Shown in pieces: positions 36,951-50,298 of a DNA stretch of 64,000 bases (position 1 is its first letter; the number at the start of each line of letters is the position of its first letter). The position numbers and the translations under genes are program-made. This DNA is from Octopus sinensis (lineage: Eukaryota). The stretch spans positions 24,738,001-24,802,000 of the forward strand of contig NC_043002.1 of NCBI RefSeq assembly GCF_006345805.1, in the 5' to 3' direction. Under the pieces are notes generated by a model, which saw nothing but the letters and a program-made list of their open reading frames with translations, did no database searches and was not told where the DNA came from.

Positions 36951-38139
36951 AATGATATCTTTTATTTGTTTTTATCATTGGACTCCAGCCATTCTGGGGC
37001 ACTACCTTGAATGGTTTAGTCAAACAAATCGACTCCGGTACTTATTTTAAACGTGGTACTGTTTTTGCAGAACTGCTAATTTACGGGGACGTAAACAAAC
37101 AAACACCGGTTGTCAAGCGGTGGTGTGGGAGAAACACAAACATATATATGTGACGGACTTCTTTTAGTTTTCGTCTGTCAAATCCTGTTACAAAGTTTGG
37201 TTGGCCCTGGGTTATAATGGAAGGCACTTGCCTAAAGTGCTGCGCATTGAGACTGTACCCTAAAACACATCTTTGGGAAGCAAGTTTCTTATTATATAGC
37301 CACGCCTGCGCCTATGTTTGTATGTGTGTTTACATTTTGCCCCTCCCATCTCAGCAAAAGAAAAAAGTCGAATGAGAAGAAAAGAAAGTATCCAATACGA
37401 GATATAAAAATTCATCATATTTACTGAAAACTGTGACTCAGTTTCACGTTTCTCATTTTTGAACAGTAGATCGCGGGGATACGGCCGCTGAAATATCGAA
37501 TGTGTGTGTGTGTGTGTCTGTAGGCATAACTACGCAAGTGTCCCCCCCCCCCAAAAGTTTTATCCTCAGAGCTTTCAGAAATATTAATATTTTTCTATGA
37601 AAATTTCTACAACAACCTTTCAGATGGTGTACATTACGATTTTATCGGAATCTAAAGTGAAAAAGAAAATTGGTGGGCGCACACACATAATAGTGACACT
37701 AAAGGAAACTGGGAAGTTTGAAAAAATATGTCAGCATATATGCGTGACGCCCAACAGTTTTCTCCCCATATAAAAAGGTAAAGACTCCCTTTGGTCATGA
37801 ATGACCATGAGATTACACCTAGAAAGTTCTCCTCCAAGGCACAAGTCCAGGCAATGTTGCTTATGGAAGACCAGGAGACACCCATGCTCACCAGCCTACC
37901 CTCAGCAAGCCACTAATGTTATTCAAGGGAAAAGCAAAGGTCGATACAGCTTGGCACCAGTGACATCACAACTCGTTTCTGCAGCTGAGTGAACTGGAGT
38001 AATGTGAAATAAAGTGTCTTGCTCAAGCACACAACAAACAGCCCAATCTGGGAATCAAACTGCTAACTACCTCATGGTTGTGAGCCCAACATTCTAACCA
38101 CTGAGCATTTTCCCACCCAATGCTTTCCCCCACATAAAA

Positions 38140-38470
38140 TCTATATATATAAAGCTGAAGTTGTCTGTGTGTGTGTGGCAGGTTTGGTAGCCTTCAACTA
38201 ACACTATCTCCTCCGAGACCCTGCGGCGCAAGTTGACCAAAATTGAGAGTATGATAGAAGGCTTGCCCTTCATTCCGTAGAAGAAAAAAAAATTAAAATC
38301 GGACCATTGTTAACACCAAAAATTATTTACATCAAAAGGGTGCTTTTTATCTATGAAAATCCCTATTTTTTACAATTTTTTTACTGCTGCGTCGCCATTT
38401 TTCGGTGTATTTCAACCAGGAAAATGTTCACTTAAAGAGAATAACAAGCTACATAATGCAAAAATTTTTA
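38140..38470 (+). mobile_element. Possible non-autonomous Helitron 5' portion
   Basis: A|TCTATATATATAAAGCTG start typical of Helitron 5' ends; no clear 3' hairpin/CTAG seen. Confidence 0.4.
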
Positions 38471-39399
38471 GTTCTGATATAATCGTAATCTACGTCATCT
38501 GAAAGGTATTTATAGAAAATTTTATTGAAAAATACCCATTTTTCTAATAATAATAATGAAATTATTGTATATAGTGCTCAGGTGCACCTATGAGAAAATA
38601 AATTGGTGAGAGTGCACACTTGTGTAAGTATGCTGATTTGGCATTTGAAACCTTGTCAGTTCTGTAATGGACGAAGGCAACAACATGTCAGGTGATCTTA
38701 TCCTACATTTCAGACAGTAGTTGTTCTAGTGTATTTTTGTGTGTGTTAAGAGTAATGGAAAATTCCATGCAGTTTCGCACCAAATCAGGGTTATAAATTG
38801 GTTTCAAATTTTAGTAGAAGGCCAGCAATTTTTGGGGGAAGGGATGAGTTGATTACATAGACCCCAGTGTTCACGCTTGAAATGAAGTCAAATCCAGCAA
38901 TCATCAGAAATGACTGAATGGAAGAGTATAGTCTGAGCGCTTTGTCACAGAAGGCGACAGAGTCATATCTGGGGTTGTAAAAAACCAAAACGAAATTCGT
39001 AGATGAAATCATAAGCTCCCTCCAGCGAAAAGAATATTTAGTTCATCAGAATTACGTCCCTTGGTCAGTGTACAAGGTGGTCGAGTTAAATCTGACGATT
39101 TCTTATTTCCTTTTTTCAGGAACGCCTATTGTGTCCTTTGGTGCCCACGTCTCCGTTGCTGCCGTCTATGTCACGTCTTAGAGCTTTTCAGAGTTCACAG
39201 AGATCTTCGCAGCAGTCATGACGTCACATTTTGATATGCAAATCATCATGATACACCTCTTTTCCAATATTCAGAGGGCTTCTAGTATTCGATATCAGCT
39301 AATTTTTTCTCAGCTACAACTTTAATCTTTATGCTCTTCAACGCTGTAATTCACCCAACAAGGTGACAGAAAATCCAAGCAAGGGAATCTGGGATTTGG

Positions 39400-40158
39400 C
39401 AATGCCACCATGAAGCTAACCTTGAACAAGTACCTTCGCTACCACTCATACAAGAAGTGCAGGGTCAAATTCTGCTAGCTAAGGCCAAGGAGAACTTGAC
39501 GAAGCTAAAGAAGCTCCTGAGGCATCCTGTTGAGACAGGGATGATTTGGTTCTTCTCAAATAAAAAGGACTTCTGCCAGAACCAGTTGCACAACAGATGG
39601 CTTGCCTACAATCGATGTAATGTCCCAAGTATCATGAAAACTATGTTTCCCCCCAAACTGTGATGATCTTTTGGTGTGTCTTCAGTAAGGGAAACGTCAT
39701 GCCACCCTACATCTTTGAACAGGGCCATATACTCACTTCAGACGGCTGTGTTATGCTGCTGGAAGGCCATACCTTTGGAAAAAGTTAGGAGTATAATTTC
39801 TACAACTTCACCAGCCCCAATTCCGGGCCTTCTATTTCCTGATTGTAATCCCATAGATTGCTATGTATGGGACGTGTTTCAGAAAGACACCAACCACTCC
39901 ACCTGCAAAACCAAGGCTGAGCTGGTGGCCAAGATCAAGAAGGTATTTGGAGATCTTCTCAGGGACGCAATGAGGAACATATGCTTCAAGTTCTAGAGCC
40001 ATCATGAAGTTGTGGTGGAAACTGAGGTTGGCTACTTTGAGTAGATTGTTATCTCTCAGCCATAGATATTTATTGATTTTCTAAAAATACTTTTATTTTT
40101 GAATGAGATATGCTTTCTTTCCTTTTATGCAAACTATCAAATTTAGCCCCAGCGCCCA
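39400..40158 (+). mobile_element. Tc1/mariner transposase remnant
   Basis: MIWFFSNKKDFCQNQLHNRWLA, VMPPYIFEQG and PDCNPIDCYVW peptides in shifting frames. Confidence 0.75.
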
Positions 40159-40389
40159 GTAAAGATATTGGTTTGCAGTGTGAGGTAGGGTAGGGCAAGA
40201 GTAGGGTGAGACAGAGACTTGAGGAAATGAGGCTGAGTGTAGTAAAGAATTAATTTTAAAATGTCTAGCCATATACATGCATGTATTAGCTTGCATATAT
40301 CAAGGCTTTGTGTGAAGAGGGACCTAACTTCATAGTGATTCTTCACATTGTGGTAAGGGAAACACCAAGGGGAGAAGAGCCAATGTTTA

Positions 40390-40909
40390 CCGTAAATCCT
40401 CGAGTATAGTCCACCCTTGAGTATAATACACAGGGGATTTTTAGGGGGCTGTACCTCTGAAAAACCTAAACCTTGTGTATAATATGCACCACTTCTCTAA
40501 CTTGAGTTGTGCATAATTAAGCCAGCAGCACCTAGTCGAACAAACACTTCCGTGCATGCGTAATACAATAATGGTGATGTTTTTAACTGTTATATGGGAA
40601 TGTAAATATGTTTGAAAATTGTTTTTGTTACATGTTATTCTGTGTTCTGAATACTTTTATTTTAATAAATGTTGCTTACTGCAAGTTATGGATGATTCTT
40701 TTATGACTTCATTGCTTTCAGGCTTAGCTTAAGGTATTTTTGCGCCCGACATCACAAAATGCATCTGAATAGACATTACCGGACAGCAAATAGAGACTCG
40801 GACATTGCTTAGAATATATTTTTCATTTTAACCTCGTATATAGTACGCACTAGGGATTTTGACCTTTAAATTTTGGGAAAAAATGCAGATTATACTCGAG
40901 GATTTGCAG
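40390..40909. mobile_element. Tc1/mariner-superfamily MITE (Tc2/pogo-like TIR)
   Basis: TA-CCGTAAATCCTCGAGTATA ... TATACTCGAGGATTTGCAG-TA. Confidence 0.8.
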
Positions 40910-41650
40910 TATATTTATGGTGCAGCCAATCAGTTCACTTAAATATATCTTCACCTAGAACAGGAGCAAAAAGAAAAAACTCATTTTTAAAGTTCAGAAA
41001 CTCTCCATTGTACTGTTGTTCCGTTGGAATCCTTTGTCACTATCTCCAGGTTTCTGTGTTGTAGTGACCATGTCACATTATCTCTACATGAGCAGCTAGC
41101 CTCTATTCTAGATTTGGACCTATATACTGTTACTTCCTTTGTATTTGCATAGATAAAAAAGACCATCAAAGTATGCCTACTGAAGTTTTTTTGTATCCAT
41201 GTGTTTAGGGGTGAATAGGGTTGCAAACCATAGAAACCTTAAGGTGATGTATTAACTTGGTGGGAATAGGGTTGAGCATTTAACTAATCCTGTATTAAGT
41301 GTCAGCAAAATACAAATTCAAAAACATGAGGTGAATCCTAATCTTTCCAATGGCATCTTTCTACAATAAACAATGAGTTGAGGAGCCTATCATTAATAAA
41401 AGAATAAAAAAACATTAGATAACTGGACAGGATGGCCAACATATATGATCCTAGGTCCTTCCAGTCAAGGCTAAGCTGCAACTAAACTATGCCATACATG
41501 CCTTTGTGCATGGGTCTGCCAGATCAAGGCTGCCCTATGACCTAACTGCAAAATACTGCTCATCTTTGTCATCAACCTTTTTATACACCTCCATATTTAA
41601 ACATCACATCTAATCACACCTTCCTTAAATGTTCCATACTTAATTACATA

Positions 41651-42501
41651 CAGGGTCAGGCAAAATGATCTGACACATTTGTAGATTAAATAAAAGGCAA
41701 ATGAAGTAAAGAAACAAAAAAGTGTTTTTATTTTTGAAAAGTACATATAATGCCATTTTGTTTCATTATGTTTTAAAAATTAAATCAGTCAAATGGGATC
41801 CTTCGAAGAAGTACGGACCCCATATACCGAATTCTGCCACAGCACACCATACAGTCACCCGAGGACAATGCAAAGGGCGTTCATGCAACTCACGAGGGTT
41901 GTTCTCGGCCCAGTATCTGAAGTTTTGCTTATTCACTGTGCCACACAGGTGAAAATGTGCCTTGTCACTGAACAACACAACTGCTGCATGGGGGACATGT
42001 TGAATTTCCAAACACAATGCTCTGTGAGTTTCAGCGTCTCTTTCGCTGAGTTCTTGTGCCAACATCATTTTGTATGGATGCATTTGAAGATCATTGTGAA
42101 GAATTCTTCGCAAACTTCTTTCGGAAAGTCTAAGAGCCTGGGCGTGTTTAAATGTGGAACGGTGTGGAGACTGTTGAACTGAAGCTCTTACCACTGCCAC
42201 ATTTTCTGGAGTTCTGGCGGTGCAAGGTCGGCCGGTTGATTTTCATTTCAATGCAGATCCAGTAGCTCTGAAGTTGGTAACCCATAACAAGATCGTGTTT
42301 CGAGCTGGTACGGGATCAAGATTGAAGCGCAAACGGAACGCTCTTTGTGTTGCAGTTACAGAATCGTTTGTTTTGATAAACGTTTCCACAATGAAAGCGC
42401 GATGCTCACCAGTCCAATTCATGGCAGCAACTGAAAAAGAAACGAAAAACAATGGCTTTTATTTAACCTACAAATGTGTCAGATCATTTTGCCTGACCCT
42501 G
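41651..42501 (-). mobile_element. Tc1/mariner element (851 bp), internally deleted transposase
   Basis: Near-perfect ~45-bp TIRs CAGGGTCAGGCAAAATGATCTGACACATTTGTAG, TA TSD; ATG at 42422 (MNWTGEHRAFIVETF), FSDKAHFHLCGTVNKQNFRYW, truncated after GPYFFE. Confidence 0.92.
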
Positions 42502-43681
42502 TATATCATCTATTTCTAGTTCCTGTGAGCCTCCTTGTGCTCACTCAAACTATAAGAAATAGCAACCAAATTTCTCACCCTATTGTCTTAAAGAAGAACA
42601 CTTCATGGAATGTAGTCCTGTACTTACTATGCCTTAAAAAAGGAATGCCTATGATCCCAGATCTCACCTCTAGTTAAACAATATTTAGTCCCCAACAAAT
42701 TTACAAAAACCTGAATGAAACATTACAGCTAACCAATGAAAACTTTGCCATTTATTTTCATTTCAAAAAGGTTTAAATATTTAAAAGAAATATTTGTATT
42801 GTCAACGTCTTCTTGAGTTTTTCCACAGTAAAAGGGTTACAGCAATATTTTCTCCAAATCATGTAAAAATATTTCAATTTACATATGAAAAGAAAGTCTT
42901 CAAGCTCATGAACAGTCCATTATAACTATACATAGCATTGAAATTTGGTTTTATTACGCTAAGTACACATAAGGAAAAAATGTTTTTTCGTAGATGACGC
43001 ATTAAAAAAGAAAATTCATGTGTAATAAACAGCTTCTTGTTTATTATAAAAATTCATTTAAAGACAGTAAAATCAATACCAGTAACGTATGGATGTCAGT
43101 TAAATCAACTAAACCCTTTCCCAAAATGTGTGAGCCAGTATTAGCAAACCTTATGAGAAGTGAATTTAAGAGCAGTGGTTTGGCAGAATTGGTAAGGTAA
43201 CAGACTTGTGGTAGCTGGTTATATTCTGAGGTTAGATTGTTCTGGTGACAACTTTGTTTTTCTTTCTTCCACGGTTGATAAAGTAAGTACTAGTCAAGTA
43301 TTGATGATAATATAATTGAGTGTTTCCTCCTTACAAAATATGACGCCTTGTGTCCATCTCAAAGATCAGTGTTATAAATACATTTATGAGAAGAAAATTG
43401 GCAGAACCATTAGTATCAGAAGAAATGGCTTGTGATATTCTTTCAATCCTTTACGTGCTGAGTTCAACTTTATATTTAACGATAGTGAATAATTCTTTCT
43501 CCCAAATTTCAGGCCTCGTGCCTGTTAGAAACAATTGATATATAAACCCTCAACTTCATATATCACAAATAAAGCGACTGTTAACATAGTTTCATGGTCC
43601 TTGCTAATTCAGAGTTATTTCCCTTAGACCATATTTTAAAATTTAGGCACAAGGCCAGCAAATTTAGGGGAGGGGTTCGTC

Positions 43682-44091
43682 CAGCGGTTCTCAACTGGAG
43701 TTCATATGACCATAGTGGGGTCCATACAAGATTTTGTTGTTAAAATTCATGTGAAATAAAATTGGTTATACTTCAACAATACACAAAATATTTCAACAAC
43801 TTTTTTTTACACAATTCCTAATATTCAGTTGTGTCTGGGGAGAGTCATTTTCTTTTTGTGCCTTATAATTTAACACACTCATTGGTAAAATTTCCACTTG
43901 TTTCTTATTTTTATTTTCCTAAAATGTTCGTTGCGTCTTGCAACCTTTTCAATAGTCTTGACTCTCCTAATATTCAGTTATAAAATATAATAATATTTTA
44001 TTCAAATATTGAATGGCTGGGGTGGGGGGTCCAGTAGATTAAAATAGGAACCAAAGAGGGTCCATAAGCAAAAAATGGTTGTGAACCACTG
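43682..44091. mobile_element. hAT MITE inserted in a family B SINE
   Basis: TIRs CAGCGGTTCTCAAC / GTTGTGAACCACTG; 8-bp TSD GGTTCGTC / GGTTAGTC (7/8 match). Confidence 0.85.
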
Positions 44092-44709
44092 GGTTAGTCC
44101 ATTACATCGACCTAGTACTTTACTGGTGCTTTATTTTATCAACCCAGAAAGAATGACTACAGATAGCAACGAATTCCTTCAATTCATTGTATGCTCAAAT
44201 CAAAGACCCAGTCTGAATGCTTGCAGCAGAAAGGATTCTGTGAAAAAGCACCCAAAATGCCAAGTGTTGGTGTTAAACTGGGTAATGGATTAAGTCAACC
44301 ACCCAAGTATACTATAGCCGAATTTGAACTTAGAATGCAAAGAGCTGGACCAAATACTAAAGTTCTTATGGTGTCACCAATCAACTATTCCAGATTGGTA
44401 TCTTCTTTTATCAATATCGAAGGGATATGAGACCATGGTGAGATTTGATCTCAGAGCATTTTCAGTCAAGGACTCTGCCAACTTACTTCTTTTTACATAT
44501 TGTTTAATGAGAATTTTTTCCAAAGACCCAACCCTGAATTATTGATTCTCTTTACTTGAAGGCTACAGAATGTGGATGGTCAATTAACACAGGCAACATT
44601 AAGAATATTCACTAATTCTGTTTAGTTGGTCAAGTACTAAGTAAAACTTCAATAATATTTCTCAATGATTAAGGAACCAATCTAATGAAGAAACTATCCA
44701 AAAAGTGAC

Positions 44710-45931
44710 TTAGCTAAGATTCTTTGCTTTTATATCTTTCTCCATGTGAACAAGTTTGTGTCTTTTTAAGTTTCCATTTGAAGAGAAGGTTTTCCTACAA
44801 AAATCACAGTGGTAGGGCTTCTCACCTGTATGAGTACGTTTATGTATAATTAAGTTATTGTTTTGAGCAAATAATTTCCCACAAAATTCACAATGAAAAG
44901 GTTTCTCTCCCGTATGAACCAGTTTATGTTTATTTAAGTTAGTTCTTAGTGAAAATGCTTTACCACAAATGACACAGCAGTATGATTTCTCTCCAGTGTG
45001 AACCAGTTTGTGTCTTATTAAAGTACTATTCTCAGCAAAAGCTTCTCCACAAATTTCACAATGGTATGGTTTTTTCCCCAGTGTGAACTCGTTTGTGAAC
45101 AGTTAACTCATTCTTTCGGGAAAATATTTTTCCACAAATTTCACAGTGGTAAGGTTTATTTTCACTATGAACAACTTTATGCTGGATTAGATTTTTATTG
45201 ACAGTGAAGGCTTTTCCACAAAATTCACAACAATAAGGTTTCCCTGGCTGGTGAATTCGTTTATGAATGAACAGGTAGTTGTTTTGAGAAAATGCCTTTC
45301 CGCAAATGTCACACACAAATGGTTTCCCACCAGTGTGTATTACTCCATGTTGAATTAAACCTTTTTCTTTAGAAAAGCTCTCTCCACAAGTTTGACACTG
45401 AAACGGTTTTACTACTTTGTGAACACGCTTGTGAACCAATAAATAATTCTTACGAGAAAATAATTTCCCACAAATTCCACAGTGATATGGTTTCTCTTTT
45501 GTATGAATATATTTGTGTTGAATTAAGTAATTTTCAACAGCAAATGATTTTCCACAAATTCCACATTGATAGGGTTTTTCACCAGAGTGAATAAGTTTAT
45601 GCTTTTTCAAGTTACTGTTTTGCGAGAATGCTTTGCTACAAATTTCACAATGGTATTGCTTCTCTCCAGTATGAACCAATATATGCTTAATTAAACTGCT
45701 TTGCACAGGGAAAGACTTGGCACAGAATTCACAATGGAATGGTTTATCACCAGTGTGGGTACGTCTATGATCTGTCAAATGACTATTTTTGGTAAATGCT
45801 TTGCCACAAATGTCACATTGATATGGTCTTGCTATTGATTTAACCATTTTGGTATTAATTAAGTTGCTATTTACAATAAATAATTTCTCTTCATAATCAT
45901 TTGTTTGTTCACTTAATAACTGTTTTTCCAT
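44710..45931 (-). pseudogene. C2H2 zinc-finger gene 4 (13 fingers, 406 aa if corrected) with a +1 frameshift at 45070-45075; pseudogene, null allele or assembly error
   Basis: The track ORF (9 fingers) ends GEKTIPL*; four more intact fingers continue in the next frame to TAA at 44710-44712; GGGG followed by A6 instead of A5. Confidence 0.85.
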
Positions 45932-46049
45932 GCTAGCATGACTTAGAGGAAGTATTTAAGATAGGATTTTTACAGCCAGGTGCAATTCCTGTTGCCAAGC
46001 TTGTTTCATAAGAAGGAACATTTTCCCTCGTAATAATATAGAATAACCT

Positions 46050-46082
<33 letters not shown>

Positions 46083-46227
46083 TTTATGCTTAACAAGGAT
46101 GTTTGTAAAGGGATATACCACAATTTCAGGTGTTCAATATGAACCACATGTTCCGCATTTAAAAATACTCATTATGAGAGAGTATTTCAGAAGCACAAGA
46201 TATATTTCATGAACACAGTAAGATGAC
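45932..46227 (-). other. Predicted 5'UTR portion of exon 2, ZNF gene 4 (contains a SINE)
   Basis: Acceptor TTCTTCTTGTATTTCAG|GTCATC resembles the gene 5 acceptor TTCTGTTTGTATTTCAG. Confidence 0.5.
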
Positions 46228-47412
46228 CTGAAATACAAGAAGAAAACAAACATTGACCAGTGGTTGGCATTCAAACTTTCAAATTAAATAAGGTTTTGTC
46301 TGAGAATACAAAACTTCTGATTTATAACTGTTAATTTTGTTAAACCTTTTTCCTGAAAATATTTCTAACGAAAAACATAGATTTTGTGCTTCAATTAATT
46401 TTGAAAATAATCAAGAAATTACAGGAATTTAGGAAAATTGTTTTCATTATTAAGCTTATGTTTGGAACATAACAAAAATTTCTTACATAAAATTATTATA
46501 AACGGTTTAATTAAAATAAAGGTATTTTTAAATAAGAAATTTTGTATTATAGAACCAATAATTTAAATACATGATTGTTGTGTCTTTGTCTATGATGGCT
46601 GTAACTCTATGTAGTACATGAGAGCTGTAGTTCCAAAATGGTATACAATTATCAGGCTGACTGTTATCAAAAGTGTTACCTTGATAGTCTGTAATATGTT
46701 GCAAATTCAGTTTAGGTAAGGATATACATTTTAGACATCCAGTAGGGAAGAAATATATTTTTGACAACAGTTGACTATGGACAGTGATATATATATTGTA
46801 GTGTAGATGGTAGATGTTGTAGAGTAGGTAGAAAAAAAATTGTAGTGTGGGTAATAGTAAGAAGTGTAGTACAGACAGTCTCTGCTCCTCTGACTTAACC
46901 ATTTGCAAGCCACATCTATCAAAGTCTTCCTGTCACACCTATCTCTACTCTTCATCTTACTCTAACACTGCAGTCACCACTACGCCCAGTCCCACTTACT
47001 GAACCCTTCTAAACTCCTTCCCTGCCCATAGGCATCAACTTTCGTTGTTCATTGACTGACATACTCTCCAACTGCATCAATCTCACCTGTTCTGGGGAGT
47101 TATCAAAGGTCATGAACACAGTTTCTTTCTCCAGACCAAAAAAGTTTTTTTAATTAAAAAAAAACAAAACAACTATAGCGTTTTGTGTTGCTCGCTCATT
47201 TCTACAAGAACTCACTGCTTTTTGCAGTTCATTATTGGAAGTGATGACAGCAGAAATAGAAATGTACATCCAGACAGTCTCCCATACAAAATTGTTAATT
47301 TGCATTGTTATTCTATTTCAGATAACAACTAATAATATCCAATGTCTTTCTACACATAATACACTACTGAAACATATAATGACCGCTGTTGTTTAACTCC
47401 AGGTCTGTCTTG

Positions 47413-49355
47413 GGTTAATATAGGGCGTTACGATTATCAGAAAATCAAAAAAAAAATGTGTGTAATAGGTGTAAAACAACTTCCTATGAACGAATATGAA
47501 AAAAAAAATTCGCGCACGCGAAAGGGGGGTGGGGGAGAGGCCTCGGAAAATTCACATCGGGAAGTTCCGAAAGCGTCTGAGGAGCTGACCCGGGCACCAA
47601 AACAAAAAAAAAATAGTGTAATATGTGTAAAACAACTTGCTCTAAACGAATATGACAAAAAAATGCGCTCTCGCGAAAGAGGGGTGGGGGAGAGGCCTCG
47701 GAAAATTTATATCGGGAATTTCCGAAAGCGTCTGAACCGGGCACAAAAACAAAAACAAAAACAGCGTAATAGGTGTAAAACAACTTGCTCTAAACGATTA
47801 TCATGAAAAAAATGCGCGCTCGCGAAAGGGGGGTGGGGGAGAGGCTTCGGAAATTTCACATCTTCAGTCCACGGCCTTTAAACTAAGAAAAAATAGTGTA
47901 ATTGGTGTAAAACTACTTGTTCTAAACGAGTATCAAGAACACACACTCACACATGAATCATAAACTCCGTATTTTTGTACATATTTCGCAAAAAAAAAAA
48001 ATAAATAAAGAGAAGAAATTCTGGAAAAAGTGAAGAAATGTTGGATCTCATTCCTTGGTTAAAGCTATTTTAAACATTAAATTTATGCTTTTCTTTGAAA
48101 TAGTTCAGATATATGCAATTCTTCTCACTTATTAAGATGCATTTATCAGAAAAAAAGAGACAGAAAAAATTATTATTTTGTGTCAATCCTTCCCTAATTA
48201 TCCTTTATTAATTAGTTTTGGCGTGTATTTTTTTCCCAAATTTATTTTTTCACCTTTACAACACTGTTTAGTAAAGCAATTAATTATCTTTATAATTTGC
48301 ATATTTGACTTATTAATCAAAATTCTCTAGATGTAATATATACTAAGTAATGCATCCTTCATTTATGTGTTCCGTTCTGTATTATGCATGCGTGACTGTT
48401 TGTATGTAAGTGTGTTTAACTGTGCACATGAATGTGAATATTAAAGAACATATTTATTTACTATGATTGTTATTTTCAGAACAAATAAATCTTTTGGCTG
48501 TTATGTTATTGATGTTATTATTATTGCTAGTTAAAGGGTGGTGACTTGGCTGAATATTTTGAGTCTTGTAGTATGTAGTTGTGTTAGTCAATATTCTGAG
48601 TTCAAATCCAACTCATTTCTTTATCATCATTATCGATGGACCACTCAAAGAGGTATGTATACATTATCATTTTCGTAACATAATTTCTGTAGTATTTCAA
48701 GATGTTTCTGACACGTATTTTGATTCACATGGCGGAGATCCAACATTTCTTCACTTTTTCCAGAATTTCTTCTCTTTATTTTTTTTTTTTTGCGAAATAT
48801 GATTTTATGATTCATGTGTGAGTGTGTGTTCTTGATACTCGTTTAGAACAAGTAGTTTTACACCAATTACACTATTTTTTCTTAGTTTAAAGGCCGTGGA
48901 CTGAAGATGTGAAATTTCCGAAGCCTCTCCCCCATCCCCCTTTCGCGAGCGCGCATTTTTTTCATGATAGTCGTTTAGAGCAAGTTGTTTTACACCTATT
49001 ACGCTGTTTTTGTTTTTGTTTTTGTGCCCGGTTCAGACGCTTTCGGAAATTCCCGATATAAATTTTCCGAGGCCTCTCCCCCACCCCTCTTTCGCGAGAG
49101 CGCATTTTTTTTGTCATATTCGTTTAGAGCAAGTTGTTTTACACATATTACACTATTTTTTTTTTGTTTTGGTGCCCGGGTCAGCCCCTCAGACGCTTTC
49201 GGAACTTCCCGATGTGAATTTTCCGAGGCCTCTCCCCCACCCCCCTTTCGCGTGCGCGAATTTTTTTTTCATATTCGTTCATAGGAAGTTGTTTTACACC
49301 TATTACACACATTTTTTTTTTGATTTTCTGATAATCGTAACGCCCTATATTAACC
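47413..49355. mobile_element. Foldback element, 1943 bp, ~630-bp internally repetitive inverted arms, 8-bp TSD
   Basis: Arms 47413-48049 and 48735-49355; termini GGTTAATA...TATTAACC; CTGTCTTG at 47405-47412 and 49356-49363; no transposase ORF. Confidence 0.92.
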
Positions 49356-50139
49356 CTGTCTTGATTGTGCAAACCGCAATGATCAAAATTCTAGCCGTCA
49401 CCACATCTCGTCTTTTATTCAGACATAATCTAACAAGGGCCAAATTCTCCAATGTGTCCCTTTTTTAAAAGATAGTATCATAGAATGTGATTTGGAAAAG
49501 TTTTGTCGATAATTTTAACAACCTTGTTGAAGCTATCGTTAAAAATGTAATTGAAGTGTCAATTAAATACGTCTGTAATTACAAATATTTGTTAAATAAA
49601 TAACAGCCAAAATCTCCTCCAAATCACACACTTCAATCTTAAAAAAGGAAGGCTACGGTCATAACTGGAAAACTTTTAATCATGGTTAACCTGGAGCAAA
49701 ATAATAATGAACGAAGGAGCCTCTACGTGAACCTGTTAGAAATATTAGTCGTATCTCTCTCTTTTAGCACCCCAGAGGACAGGCGCAGTCGATAACGGTG
49801 GAGTTTTGGAATAGCTATCACTACACCAAAGGAAAGAAAAAGGGTAGGGGAGTTCGGTGGATTTTTGTTTTGTGTAACAGGAATTACGTTTCTGAAAGAT
49901 TTTTTCAAACATTTTTAACATTTTCCACCCCTCCCAATTCTCTGTTTTTTTTCCCTTCCCTATATGGCAGTGACAGCTATTCCAAAATTCCGCCAGATAC
50001 TGTGGCCCTCACTATAAAAGATATAACTGTCACAGCTATTGATCTTAGGTCTGCAGGAAAACGCTGACCTGGGGCTAAACAACAACTTTCAGCAACTATT
50101 TAACTTAATCGCACTGCATAAAAGCTATCTTCTACATAC

Positions 50140-50298
50140 CGATCTTCTCTGTCTTAACTTCTGTATTTCTTGTCTCATTAGAAAACAACATATTCCTCCT
50201 TATATGTCCTCAATCTGTTGACGCAAAGTCTTGGACTCAAACCAAACAAATCAGAGGAGATCTGAAATACAGCATGTTGTTGTTCACCGGAAGTACAG
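50140..50298 (-). promoter_or_regulatory. Predicted promoter motif and non-coding exon 1, ZNF gene 4
   Basis: CTGTACTTCCGGT (core 50286-50295); AGACAGAGAAGATCGGTATGT homologous to gene 5 exon 1. Confidence 0.55.

Noticed and set aside
45066-45082. Programmed -1 ribosomal frameshift in gene 4
   Set aside because: Restoring the frame needs +1, the in-frame run is not an X XXY YYZ heptamer, and a simple indel is more parsimonious.
47460-47940. CRISPR-like repeat array
   Set aside because: The subrepeats have no unique spacers and are foldback-arm tandem units in eukaryotic DNA with no cas genes.
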